This document shows positions 52,849 to 64,000 of a DNA stretch of 64,000 bases, piece by piece. The first letter of the stretch is position 1. Every line of letters starts with the position of its first letter. The position numbers and the translations under genes were made by a program. The stretch lies in the NCBI GenBank assembly GCA_030704615.1, contig CM060731.1, forward strand, positions 12,772,001 through 12,836,000, in the 5' to 3' direction. The notes under the pieces were generated by a model. The model was not told the DNA's origin, did no database searches, and saw only the letters and a list, made by a program, of their open reading frames with translations. Source of the stretch: Takakia lepidozioides (Eukaryota > Plantae > Bryophyta).

Positions 52849-55800
52849 ATGGTACGTGATCGTTTTTCTTCACTGTGTCCTTCTCCACTGTTTCTGCTCG
52901 TGTCTGGCAAGCGGTGCTTGATTCTTAGCTGAAGTAGAGAGCTTCAATGTAAAAGTTTCCGAATAGGGCTGGTTCGGGGCTCGGAAAAGTCGGCCATTAG
53001 TCTCTGGGTCTCAGTTCTGTCTCGCGTTGTCTGTGGTTGTAGCAGTACGAAGGGTATGTCATCAGCCGCTGGTGGATTTTAATACCAGAGCGTGTTCTTG
53101 TTCGCGTCTTGCAATTAATCCTTGGCATGTTGTTGCTGCCCGTTGGCTGTATTAGGGGGAGTGGAAGTCAGTTTTCCTTAATTCCTTGCTGAAGATTTTC
53201 TCTGTGAAGTGCGAACTGAGTAATCACCTCGGAAAAAGAAATTGCTTCAAACATGGTTTCTGCTGTGGTGTATTTTGCAGGCGACGTTGGCAGACTCATT
53301 TCTTGCCGATTTGGAGGATCTGTCAGACAATGAAGCTGTGGAGGTGAGTATTGAAACACTATTCGTGTTTCTTACACGAGAGAATTTCATAATGTAGGCA
53401 GAGGTGTGAACAATGTTAGATTAAGCCCCAGTACCGTGTTGTACTAAGGTAGCTGTAAGGAATGATTGCCGTCAGGATTATTGTAACATTGGTTGCTACC
53501 ATGCTAATTCAGACCACTGGGGCCAACAGGAGGATGAGGAGGCCAGGGACGAGGATGCTGACATGGATGAAGACATGGCAGAGGTGGAAGCCCTCTCTTT
53601 TGATGACTTGGACACTGTGGCTAAACTGCAAAAGAGTCAACGATACCATGATATCATGAAGGTTTGTCTCTTGTTCTTCAGAACTTTACCTCTATTCTGT
53701 ATGGAGAGAGGGGTTGAGATTTTCCATGTGCAAGCTTCAATGTACCCTGAGCTCATAGTCTGTTATAGAACTCTCTTGTTGGGGTTTTAACTCACCAGGG
53801 TGCGAAAGTAGCCTGTGATTGCCAGCGTGCATGTGCACAGGGATAGATGGTTCTGTTACAGGTGTTGAGTGTTAGAGTAAGTGCCACTTTTGTGCCTTGT
53901 TAATGTGTGTCCTGTCTGTTCTGGCGTTGGTGGTGCTTTTGATAGTTCAGGATTTGGTTGTTTTCCTGGGGAGTTACTCTGAAAAGTGGGAGTTGGGATG
54001 ACAATTGTTCTTCATGTATTTAATTTGCTATGTCAGAGATCTATCTATCAATAACTCTGAAAATCTAACATACCCTGCCCCATAGCACTCTGAGCTAGAG
54101 ACCTTGGTATGTAGATCATTTCCTGTGGTTGGCCTGAATGTTATGTTCATTTACCAGTTCAAGTTTTTTAACGTGGATGTATAAAGGGAATTGTTATCAG
54201 CCTTGTTAGCATACCTTCATGTGTGTACAACGGGTCTTCTGTCACTTCGTGAAAGAAAACCAAAGTTTAGGTTTGGTCAGTACATACTGTGCTGTAATCT
54301 CAGCAGAGAGAGGTCTAGTCTAGCTTTCAAATCCAGATCTGGTAAAGATCGAGCTGCGTTATTTGACCTTAAATATACATCCGGCAAACAGTGGGGGTAT
54401 GTTTTTATGTGTGTTTCTATGCCTTTCCTGGTAGCAGGATCTGCCTTTGAAGACAAGCAATGTAGTGAGTCTAAGTTCAGCCTTGATCTTAAATGACTGG
54501 AATCTTTGCTGCGTGTATTGGGCAAAGTGTGATAGCTCTGAGGCACAGTACGGAATTATCTGAAACATTGTAGGGTTTTTGTTGGGTGTCATGGATATTC
54601 ATCAGAGATTGGACCAAAACTCTTTCCATCAGACATTTGTAGCATTAGTTTCTTTCAGTGGGCCCATGCTGCCTTTTGAGGCTATCAAGTGATACCAGGG
54701 CAGCTTGCTATGGGTGACCTCCACCTGCAAAGGCTTGTGCAAATGAGCGCTGCTGACAAAGAAACATGGGGACTGTGCCTTTCTGCAGGTCAGGGAAGGG
54801 AGCCCATAGTGAAGCACTCCATTATTGCACTGTCCTTGTATTGTTTTGGGGTCAAGTTGCAGACTTGCCGGTGACCCCAGAGCAATGCTTCTGGGTAGAG
54901 GCGGCTGCCACAATTCAGGGTAATACAGTTTTACCAGCCACAGTCTCAAGGTCTTTCACCTTGAAGTATACCTCCCTAATCCAGCTCTAGCATGCAAGTA
55001 AGTTTGAGTTGGTTTTTCATGGGGAAAACTGCACTCCAAACATGTTCTTCTCCTTTGTTGGGTGGAAGCATGAAAGAATCTGATATGTCATGCTACTTTA
55101 GAATGAAGGATTTGACTGATCATGTTCCATGCAGACAGAGAGCCAGATGGATATGCACAGAATCGGAAACATGTTCTAATATGGCCTTCATTTTGGGGGC
55201 GGGGTGTTGTCTCTTAATGTGGGTATTGCAGAAGGTAGAGAAAGCTATGGCAGCTGGCACTGACAGCTCAAGAATGGGATTGGTTTCAGAGGACGACCCA
55301 GAGTACCAGTTGATCGTTGACTGCAACACACTTTCGGTGGATATTGACACTGAGATAGGGATCATTCACCTTTTTATCCGTGATAAATACCGGTTGAAGT
55401 TCCCTGAGCTGGAATCACTTGTGCTGCACCCCATTGACTACTCACGCTTGGTGAAAAAGATAGGGAATGAAATGGACCTTACCCTTGTAGATCTAGAGGG
55501 CCTTCTACCCTCTGCAACGATTATGGTTGTTTCAGTCACAGCTTCCACAACCAGCGGGAAGCCTCTGTCAGAGGAGAATTTGCAAAAGACTGTTGAGGCA
55601 TGTGATCGTGCACTCGCCCTTGATGAGGCAAAGAAAAAGGTTCTGGATTTTGTGGAGAGCCGAATGGGCTATATAGCACCAAATCTATCTGCTATTGTTG
55701 GGAGTGCAGTGGCTGCAAAATTGATGGGAGTGGCTGGGGGCCTCTCTTCCCTCTCCAAAATGCCCGCCTGTAATGTGCAGATCCTCGGTGCAAAGAAGAA

Positions 55801-57296
55801 GAATTTGGCTGGGTTCTCAACGGCAACTACCCTTCCTCACACAGGATTTGTTTTCCACACAGAGATAGTCCAGAGCACTCCCCCACCACTACGTATGCGT
55901 GCATGCCGCCTGGTGGCCGGAAAGTCCACACTGGCTGCACGCGTGGATTTCACTCGGGGCGACCCAACTGCCAAGACAGGGCGAGACTTGCGGGAAGAGA
56001 TTCGCAAAAAGATAGAGAAGTGGCAGGAGCCCCCCCCTCCCAAGCAGCCGAAGCCATTGCCAGTGCCCGATAGTGACCCCAAGAAGAAACGAGGGGGTCG
56101 CCGACTGCGAAAGATGAAGGAGAGGTAGGATACTCTCGTGCCTTTTTTGGTCTACATGGAGCAGATGTTATCTCCAATGCCTTCTGATTACTTACATAAA
56201 ATCTGTCTTTTGCTGTTGTCCATCTTATCTCTACAGGTATGCGTTGACTGACATGCGGAAACTTGCAAATCGAATGCGTTTTGGGGTTCCTGAAGAGAGT
56301 TCACTTGGTATTTTCCTGGCCTCCCTTTGGCCTGTCGGTAGTGAGCACTGCTTTTTGTTTCCCATGCCATTGCAAGAAGTTTACAGTCTCAACTTCACAA
56401 TTCATTAGTTGCATATCAGTCAGTGATGAAGGTCTGATTAGCTTATCTTGATGAATTTCAGATGTGCATGTGTGGTTGTGTGCTTTTCTGGGACAATCAG
56501 ATAGGGTCATACCAGTGACATGAAGGTTATGAATACAGCTTGGTAGTATCTTGCTAATTAATGTCAGGATCCAGGGGATGGATTGGGGGAGGGCTATGGA
56601 ATGCTGGGACAGGCTGGCAGTGGCAAGTTGCGGGTTTCCATTGGGCAGAGCAAACTTGCTGCCAAGGTTGCTAAGAAGTGAGTGCTCACTTTCATCTCTG
56701 AATCTGTTGTTTCAGAATGCGTTAGGTTGTTTGCAATTAGATAGGCAAGTACAGAAATGGGTAGGCCAGTTACTGGAGTATTTCGTGTTTCTTTTCTATT
56801 TTCATGTGAAGCTCAGCAGAGTTGATATGGTGTATACCTTCAGAGCTCTGACCTTGAGGTCCTGTATGTCTGCTGGTATTGATGTCAGTTGCAGAGAATC
56901 TGCATTAATTCTCTCTATTTTCATGTGTTTGTAGGTTCAAAGAGAAGAACTATGGGAGCAGTGGTGCAACGTCAGGGCTTTCTTCCAGCCTTGCTTTCAC
57001 ACCTGTCCAGGTCCATTACTTTCCCATGAAAAGTTCTGTTGCCTTTCTCTTCTATGGGGTTCAATCATAAATTCCTGAAGCTCTACAGATATTGATATTA
57101 TGGCTGGTTAGGTTCGAACCACCCTGGAGAAAGAAGGGATGATGTTCGTCAGCTAATTGTGGCACTGATTTGGATGCAGGGTATTGAGTTGACAAACCCA
57201 CAAGCACAGGCTGCTTTGCTCGGCAGCGGCACACAGAGCACCTATTTCTCTGAGACTGGCACCTTCTCCAAGATAAAGAGAACTGGGTTCACCTGA
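52849..57296 (+). CDS. PRP31: U4/U6 snRNP protein PRP31; exons approx. 52849-52851, 53281-53343, 53530-53661, 55232-56124, 56238-56308, 56575-56677, 56935-57010, 57180-57296
   Basis: M|ATLADSFLADLEDL; NOP domain KFPELESLV, IAPNLSAIVG, MPACNVQILG, LAARVD; KKKRGGRRLRKMKER; SGLSSSLAFTPVQGIEL. Confidence 0.96.
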
Positions 57297-58424
57297 TGTA
57301 GCTAATGCCTAGTGTTCATTAGATTTTTTGTGCTTGCACCATTTTGATCCAGGCCTGATCATGGAGCTTGTTGCTGATACTCCCTTTTCTCTCTCTGCAT
57401 CTCCCATTCCAGAAGTTCTGGTACTTGATTCAACTGTACAAATCTTTTTGTTTGCAAATATTGGACTCATGTGATGGGTTTTTGTTGGTACACTGACACT
57501 GATGACAAGTTAATCGCGATGGGGCCTAATAGTCATGCACAATGTCAGATTTTTAAGTATCCAGCTCCTTGTGGAGTACTTAATCAGAAAATGGGGTTAT
57601 TTGTGAAAAAAACGTCAAGTTCCCGATACGACAATTCCACCCTTGGCTCTCAGGACCTTCTCAGTAGCCAGCAAGACCAGTGTAGCTATGCTGTGCCTTT
57701 TTTTTTGCCATTCAGCGAGGCTTTGGGCCCCAAACATCCCTCCTACTTAACCTGGGGGTCTTGGCTGTGCACAGTGGGGTAACTGAGCTACCTAACGGTG
57801 GTTGAAAATCTGAGACTATTTCCTACTTTGTGAACATAAACTGTCTGTGTGATTTCAGCCTGGGCCTCTGTTCTCTTAAGAAGAAATGAGTGTGAAATTA
57901 TTATTTTTTGAACAGGGGACGTGGATTTTGTTTTCCTCAAAAAATACAAAAAACAAAACCCGTCAACGACGACCCTTGGAAATTAACCCTCTTTCTGAGC
58001 TATGAGGCAAACCGGGCAGATGAAACCACGGGGGTTTGAACCCCAGCCCCGCAGGCAAATGCACGTATTATTTGGAAAAGCTGACATTGTGGGGTCATCC
58101 TCAGATTTTCTTAATATCTAGAGGATTATCCAAGGGGCTGCCCCTCTTAACACAGGGTCACCACACCACGGGCCTGCAAGGCCATACAGCAATGCAGAGG
58201 GCGGGACCCGCCAAACCCCGCTCTTCGTCGGGCCCCCCCTCCGTCATCGGGCAGCGGGCATGGCATATTCAGGGCGTGTGGGGCCTTCCTGTATTTTCGG
58301 GCATCCACTCAAATCCTGGCGCGAGTCATCGACGCTTGTATTATATTTGCTTTGACTCGGATAAAGTCTGCGTAGTGGCGTTCTGTGGAGTTCTGATGGA
58401 CGTCGAAAAGACTTGTTAGATTTC

Positions 58425-60173
58425 ATGGCTCGGTTGTCAGTTTGCAAATCTGCACAGACGAGCAGCAAGCTCCACTTGATGAAGACGATGATGGCTCCCG
58501 AGCTTACGGAACCGAGTGTTTTGCCTCTGTCGGTAGAGGGTGGTGATTGCAATCCGAAGAGAGAGGGCACTGTAGATCTGAGCAAGCTCGAGTCTTTTGC
58601 AGCATACTGGAAAGGTGCAATGACGTTGCAAGACCTTGTTCTACCAGAGGATAAACAGTTTAATTTGCCTCACGACAAATTTGACGAGGATGGGGATCAA
58701 TTTCCATCGATCGATATGTCCAAGATCCGAAATGAAGTCGAAAAGTCTGAAACCATCGCACAGTTGGTGAAGGCATCAACGACGTGGGGATTTTTCAAGA
58801 TCGTCAACCATGGCGTGCCCTTAGAGCTGGTGGAGAGAATCGAGGCTCATGCCCACAGCATATTCACCTTGCCACTTGACAACAAGTTGAATGTTGAACA
58901 ACCCACTGGTACATTTTTCGGTTATTCTGGGGGTAATGGCAGATTTCTTAGTAATCCTACTTGGATGGAGGCTATGCAATTTCAATCTAGCCACGAGAAG
59001 ATAAATGAGATGGCAAAAAAGATCTGGCCTGAGGACGACCATCTTCGTGCTAAATTGAGGTAACATGTGTGAGCAATGCTTGTTGCAGATCACGAAGTTT
59101 GAATCTTTGTCAGGATTTCTCAAATGGCAGATGTCACCAGCTTGCACTCTATCTATCTCCCCTCTCTTCATTCCCTCGTATATTAATCAGGCCATTCCCC
59201 ACCGCTTCCGCATTAAGCCATCTCTTCTTCCGAGAGGTGCACAAAGTTGATTTTGATATAACTTGGCGTGCAGTGCTGATATGATTGAGTACGCGGACGT
59301 CATGGAACTACTTGCGATTCAGCTGTTAGAGCTATTATGTGAAGGTCTAGGGCTGAATCCAAAATACTTGACCCATCTTTACAAGCGCGAGCGTCTGAGT
59401 CTGTCATCGGTGCGATTGAACTACTACCCACCGTGCCCCTTGGAACCAAACATGATGCAAGGGTTGATGCCACATACTGACCCACAGACTTTGACAATTC
59501 TGCATCAAAGTAATGTTGGAGGCCTCCAGTTGCTCAAAGACGGCAAATGGATCGGAGTTCGACCAGATGCGAGATCTTTCATAGTGAATATTGGCGATTC
59601 CTTGCAGGTAATCTCACTTGTTCAATACCTCTGGATTTCTAAGAATAGTGAGGTAATAAATATAGTGATCTGGAGGAAATACTAACCGCTTTCAAGTAAC
59701 CTCGCCTTGAGATCCGAGCACCACGTTCATGGGGGGCACGGCCCAAGGGAAGGGGAGACCATGTAACTAACTGGGTAGCATGATTTAACATCACCTGGAC
59801 ATCACTCCATTCCCAACATCACTCTATCCCTACTCTATCCAACAAAGCTTATACCGACTACTGTCCATATCATGAGTTTGGTACTAGTAAGCCTAATGTG
59901 CATAATTGTACGTGGCAGGCATGGAGCAATGGGAGGTATCGTAGCGTTGAACATCGAGTTGCACTGAACAGCACAACAGCACGAGTTTCTTTTCCATTCT
60001 TTTTAAACCCAATCCGTTCAGACACTGTCATAGCCCCTGCGCCTGAGCTACTAGATGAAGCACATCATGCCAAGTACAAACCTTTCACTTGGTCTGAGTA
60101 TCTCAAATTTATAGCCACCAACAGATTGCCCCACAGACTTGACAATGTCTTATTATCAACAAGCTCAGTGTAG
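58425..60173 (+). CDS. 2-oxoglutarate/Fe(II) dioxygenase (DOXC, gibberellin-oxidase-like); exons 58425-59059, 59274-59607, 59919-60173
   Basis: FPSIDM, WGFFKIVNHGVP, RLNYYPPCP, HTD, GGLQ, IVNIGDSLQ|AWSNGRYRSVEHRV, RVS. The HxD..H and RxS motifs are intact. Confidence 0.92.
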
Positions 60174-60789
60174 CACGTTCCATCTCAAAGCTTCATAATT
60201 GAGTGAGTGGTTTATTCGGTAGAGACACTCAGCTAATGGCATTGTAGAATGTCAATGATGTATTGTATTGCATTCATGGAAAAGACTGTGTAATAAAAAT
60301 CAAATATAATTCTCATAGTTGTAAGTTAGGCTTCAGCAGGTCCATACATCTGTAACTTGCAAATCCCTAGATCAAAGGAGTACTGAAACGTCATGGATAT
60401 GTTATATAAGCGAGTGTGGTGATTTTCAAAACTAATTAAAGCTTATCCGTGGACAATCGACGAAACTTTCACACTCCTTTAATTTGTGGTCCATTGTCGA
60501 GCATTCATGTAAGAGAATAAAGAAACGGCAGAAATAGATGTTCCTGGTGAAGGCTCATGGATCATTCGTAAGTAGAGCAATATACACTAGGAGAAAGCAA
60601 ACTGGGTTTGGGATAGAGAAAGAGAGAGGAAAGTCAAGAAACTTAAACACATTGCTCATGTCAATCGTGAGAGACCTTGAATTGCGAACAGAGTGAAGTA
60701 ACATTGGTTTGCTCATGTCGTCTTCTTAAGTAGAACTACCCATATCATTTGCTCGTAGACCTTCATTAGCTTCCCTATCATACCCATGC

Positions 60790-60915
60790 CTCTGCTAGGC
60801 CTTTCATCTTGATGCATTCCTGAAAGAGATAGACTCAAGTCTTGCAGTCTACCAGAGTACCTCCTTGCCCAAAATGTGCAATGCCTCTTCCAGGTTGTCC
60901 TTACATAGTGTCCTC
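60790..60915 (-). pseudogene. Possible PLS-class PPR gene N-terminal remnant
   Basis: Stitched TLCKDNLEEALHILG...DCKT*VYLFQECIKMKGLAEA resembles the start of PLS-PPR proteins. Very short. Confidence 0.25.
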
Positions 60916-61461
60916 ATAACCCCACAAGTGCCTCAAGAGTTATTGTGGACTCCTCTTGGTCCTCTTTCAAAAGACATGGTCATAGTGGAGGTTTCTGCTT
61001 CTAATCGACCATCCAACCATGCATGTATCTTGTAGCCATCAAGAATGACAACCCTAGTTTAATTAGAGAACACTTGCTTCTATGCTAAACTGGTGGCAAG
61101 ATTAAACTAGGTCATGACTGTCCGGGCTCCTCTCCGGGTGGGTGGGCTCCATCAAGCGGGACACTTTTGGTTGACCACTGTCAGCAAGCTTGTCGTATGT
61201 TGGCTCTGTCTTGCGGACAAGACTTTCAAGTCAAGGTCAGCTGTCCTTACACCGTGTCAATTTATAAGTTGGTCTCAAAAAATTCATTGGTGTGTGCACA
61301 TAGTGCTGAGTCATGCCTAAGTTATTAGGAACTTGAAGAATTTACATGCTAGAAAATGAGCAGCTACAATTTGTGTATAGTAAAGGATAACTACTTGCTA
61401 CACTCACTGCTTTTGCGGTAGTTGAGTCCACCTAGCCTTTTGCAGTTTGCAACGTAAATTC

Positions 61462-62247
61462 CAGTGTTGGACTGGTATCATCAACATTTCATACCAGCCA
61501 GGGTATGGTATTGTCAGTGAAGAGGCCTCCTTCATACCTGGCAGGTAATGGTATCAAGGTAGGTATTAAGCTTCTAATGTACCAGTCTGGTATGTATATT
61601 GTTTTTGTTTGGCCTGGTATGGTATTAGTATTTTAAATTTCAAATCTTATACTGTGGGTATATCAATACTGGTATCAATACAGTTATTTTTTATTTATTT
61701 TTATTTTTAAACTGAAAAATAAAAATCTGTCCAAATTATACCGCTGAGGTGAGAGCACTTCAGCAGCTGAAGTGATCACCTCAGTGGCTGAGTGCCGCAA
61801 TTCATAATAACAAGGAGCTGGATCTCACTTTAGGTAATTTGAGGTCACCTTACAAGAGCCATATTACAGATAAATGAGACAATGCTCCAATCCTAAGCAG
61901 ATTTTTGAATGGCAAAATCAGAGCCCCCAAAATCATCATTCAAATCATCTCAGTCAAAGAGCTGCAACTCTCCATTGTTGCACCCTAAATCCCTAACGCT
62001 CCACATATTGATACCTAGGGTGCAAGCGACGGCGGAAGACATAGTACCGGTATCAACAAAGTTGTGTTCCTTGCGATACCAAGCTGGTCTGGCAGGAGCC
62101 CAGGTATTAGTGTTATACTATATTGCCCCCAATATGTTCTCCCCGGGGTATTGCCAGTTGCTTATACCCGCTTGGTCTGGTACCCTGCTGCGATACCCTT
62201 ACCTGTGTTGATACCCTGCCTCACCCCCATATACCAGTCCAACACTG
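61462..62247. mobile_element. Non-autonomous hAT-type element (MITE), 786 bp
   Basis: Perfect 17-bp TIRs CAGTGTTGGACTGGTAT / ATACCAGTCCAACACTG, 8-bp TSD GTAAATTC (61454-61461 and 62248-62255), and subterminal GGTAT/ATACC repeats. Confidence 0.9.
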
Positions 62248-62255
62248 GTAAATTC

Positions 62256-62465
62256 CAGTGTTGGGCGGTTCTTGCATTTGTGAAGGAACCTTCAGTTCCG
62301 GTTCCACAATTATTTCAAGAGACGGTTCCGGATCCGGTTCCGGTTTTTTTTTTATTGAGCCGGTTCCAATCCGGTGCCGGATCCAACTTTTAAACATGGG
62401 GGCGGTTCCGGTTACAGGTTAGTTGCTGATAAAAACCATCGGTTCCGGTTAGGTTCTGGTTCTAT
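62256..62465 (+). mobile_element. Left end of a second hAT-type element
   Basis: Starts CAGTGTTGGGCGGTTC with dense CCGGTT(C) subterminal repeats. No matching right end was seen in the window. Confidence 0.6.
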
Positions 62466-62724
62466 TTTTAAAATATATTTGTTTAATTTAATTAGATTTA
62501 AAATATTTTATCAGTCCAGTAGATTAAATAGCAGTGTATTCACATATTTGAACTAAAATCCAACGATTTTGCTAGTTTTCACTAACACAAAAAAACAAAC
62601 AAAAATACTCTAAATAAACTGGTAGAAGAAAATGGGTAAAATTTTATGGGTTGAAAGTACTATTCAGCTACCTGGCAAGTATTGAGGCATCTTCAAACAT
62701 TTTATTAATGAACTTAGCCAGGAT

Positions 62725-62822
62725 ATCATGGAGCTGGAGATTGAACCCAAGATCTCATGGCGCTGAAGCATTGAACATAGAATCTCATGGCCTTCAAGCA
62801 TTGAACCCAGGATCTCAGGGCC
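62725..62822 (+). repeat. Short ~30-bp tandem repeat (three units, ATTGAAC...ATCTCATGG)
   Basis: Directly visible imperfect repeats. Confidence 0.6.
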
Positions 62823-64000
62823 TTTTGTGGTGATTTTGGAAAAGTGAAAAAAAACCCATTGCTAGGGAGGGTTGTTCTTTCATGCACACTACATTTTTGA
62901 AACACTTGTCATATTAGCCTCCATAAGGTTATTCTTGTCATAGACAGATTGCATATTCTTTTAGGCATACATTGTGGGAAAGCTGTTTCAAACCCTAAAC
63001 TCAATCCATAATAACATTCTTTTTGCTGGCAAAATTTCGCTTAAAAACTCCTTTCGTTTTGGAAAATAAAGGCATTTTGTTTTTTTGCCAAAACAGAGAG
63101 ATGAATGAGAGGTTGTCGCCAGAAAATCTGTATGATTCATGTCAATGTGGGCCTGTCAAGGCCTGCCAGCTGTCATATAGCGACACATTTGTAGAGGTGC
63201 TAGCTCATTTTTTTCGCCACTTGGGGCGCTGGGTAGAGGACACAAGAATGTGGAAAAAAAACTCATGCTACTTTTGAAGAATGTGGAAAAAAACATTGAT
63301 CCATAAGGAGGTGAGTAGCTTGTCCTTAAGATGGTTAGGGCGGGCGAGGCGAGGCATGGAATGGTTTAGAGTAGGCCTTTAATGCGGAGAGGCTGTAAAT
63401 GCTAGGTGCATGGGCCCTGCTCCATGATATAGGGAGCCAGGGCATTGATTGCCTGGCTACAAAGAATTCCAGAGCCATGTAAACCCATACAAAGTAGCCC
63501 ATAGGACAAAAAAGTCATATAGACTTGCAATTTTGACATGCTTGTGAATTTGTGGGTCTCAAGCTCGACGGGAGAATTACGAAAAGCCACGTTGTGAGGT
63601 TTTGCTTAGGAGAACATATTCTAGGTCCATGAAAACATTTAAAAAATAAATAAATAAAATGTTGGAATCTTGTTAATTGGAGGTGCCATGATGCATAACT
63701 TTTTAGGCTAAATGTTACATGGTTGCAATTTGTGGATGGATGGTGGTAGGTAGTTGCACATATTTTAGTGCAAATGGCCAAAAAGTTCATAGCCACCTTG
63801 GGAGATTGAAGGTTAAGCTAAACTGGGGACTCTTATTTTTATTAACATTTCCATTTATTTGAAGATGGTTCAGATTCCAAATTTGCTTTTTTTAAGGGGC
63901 GTGCTTGTAGAGCCCAAGGCGGAAGAAACCTTCTAGATGGTAGCTGCCCTCACCCTCTTTATATAGTGTCTCAAGGAGCCTTCTACAAGGCCGGTCACCC

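Noticed and set aside
54992-55231. N-terminal extension of the 378-aa PRP31 ORF
   Set aside because: This is intron sequence; the exon starts after TTGCAG at 55232.

Overview
Eukaryotic genomic DNA, most likely from a non-seed land plant (inferred from compact GT-AG intron genes and the retrotransposon types). The first ~30 kb is a nested transposon block. It holds four copies of a ~355-bp TG..CA hairpin-rich repeat, an alliinase/TAA1-like relic, and a full-length 13.7-kb non-chromovirus-like Ty3/Gypsy element (7987-21719, GGGTG TSD) with extra ORFs before gag and after pol. A second, different Ty3/Gypsy-like element (~22035-27275) has a pol region in the order protease - DNMT3-like C5 cytosine methyltransferase - RT start, and a truncated copy of the first family is inserted into it. 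The captured methyltransferase is the most notable feature. The remaining ~34 kb is gene-dense host DNA: a TMEM45/DUF716-like gene with a LINE in its intron, head-to-head with TAF9; a nearly intron-less RHD3/SEY1; AAR2 head-to-head with PRP31 across a telo-box region; and a 2-oxoglutarate/Fe(II) dioxygenase. It also contains tRNA-derived SINEs and abutting hAT-type elements. TE reading frames carry many 1-nt indels while host exons are clean, so some TE frameshifts may be assembly errors. All calls are from manual reading; no searches were run.
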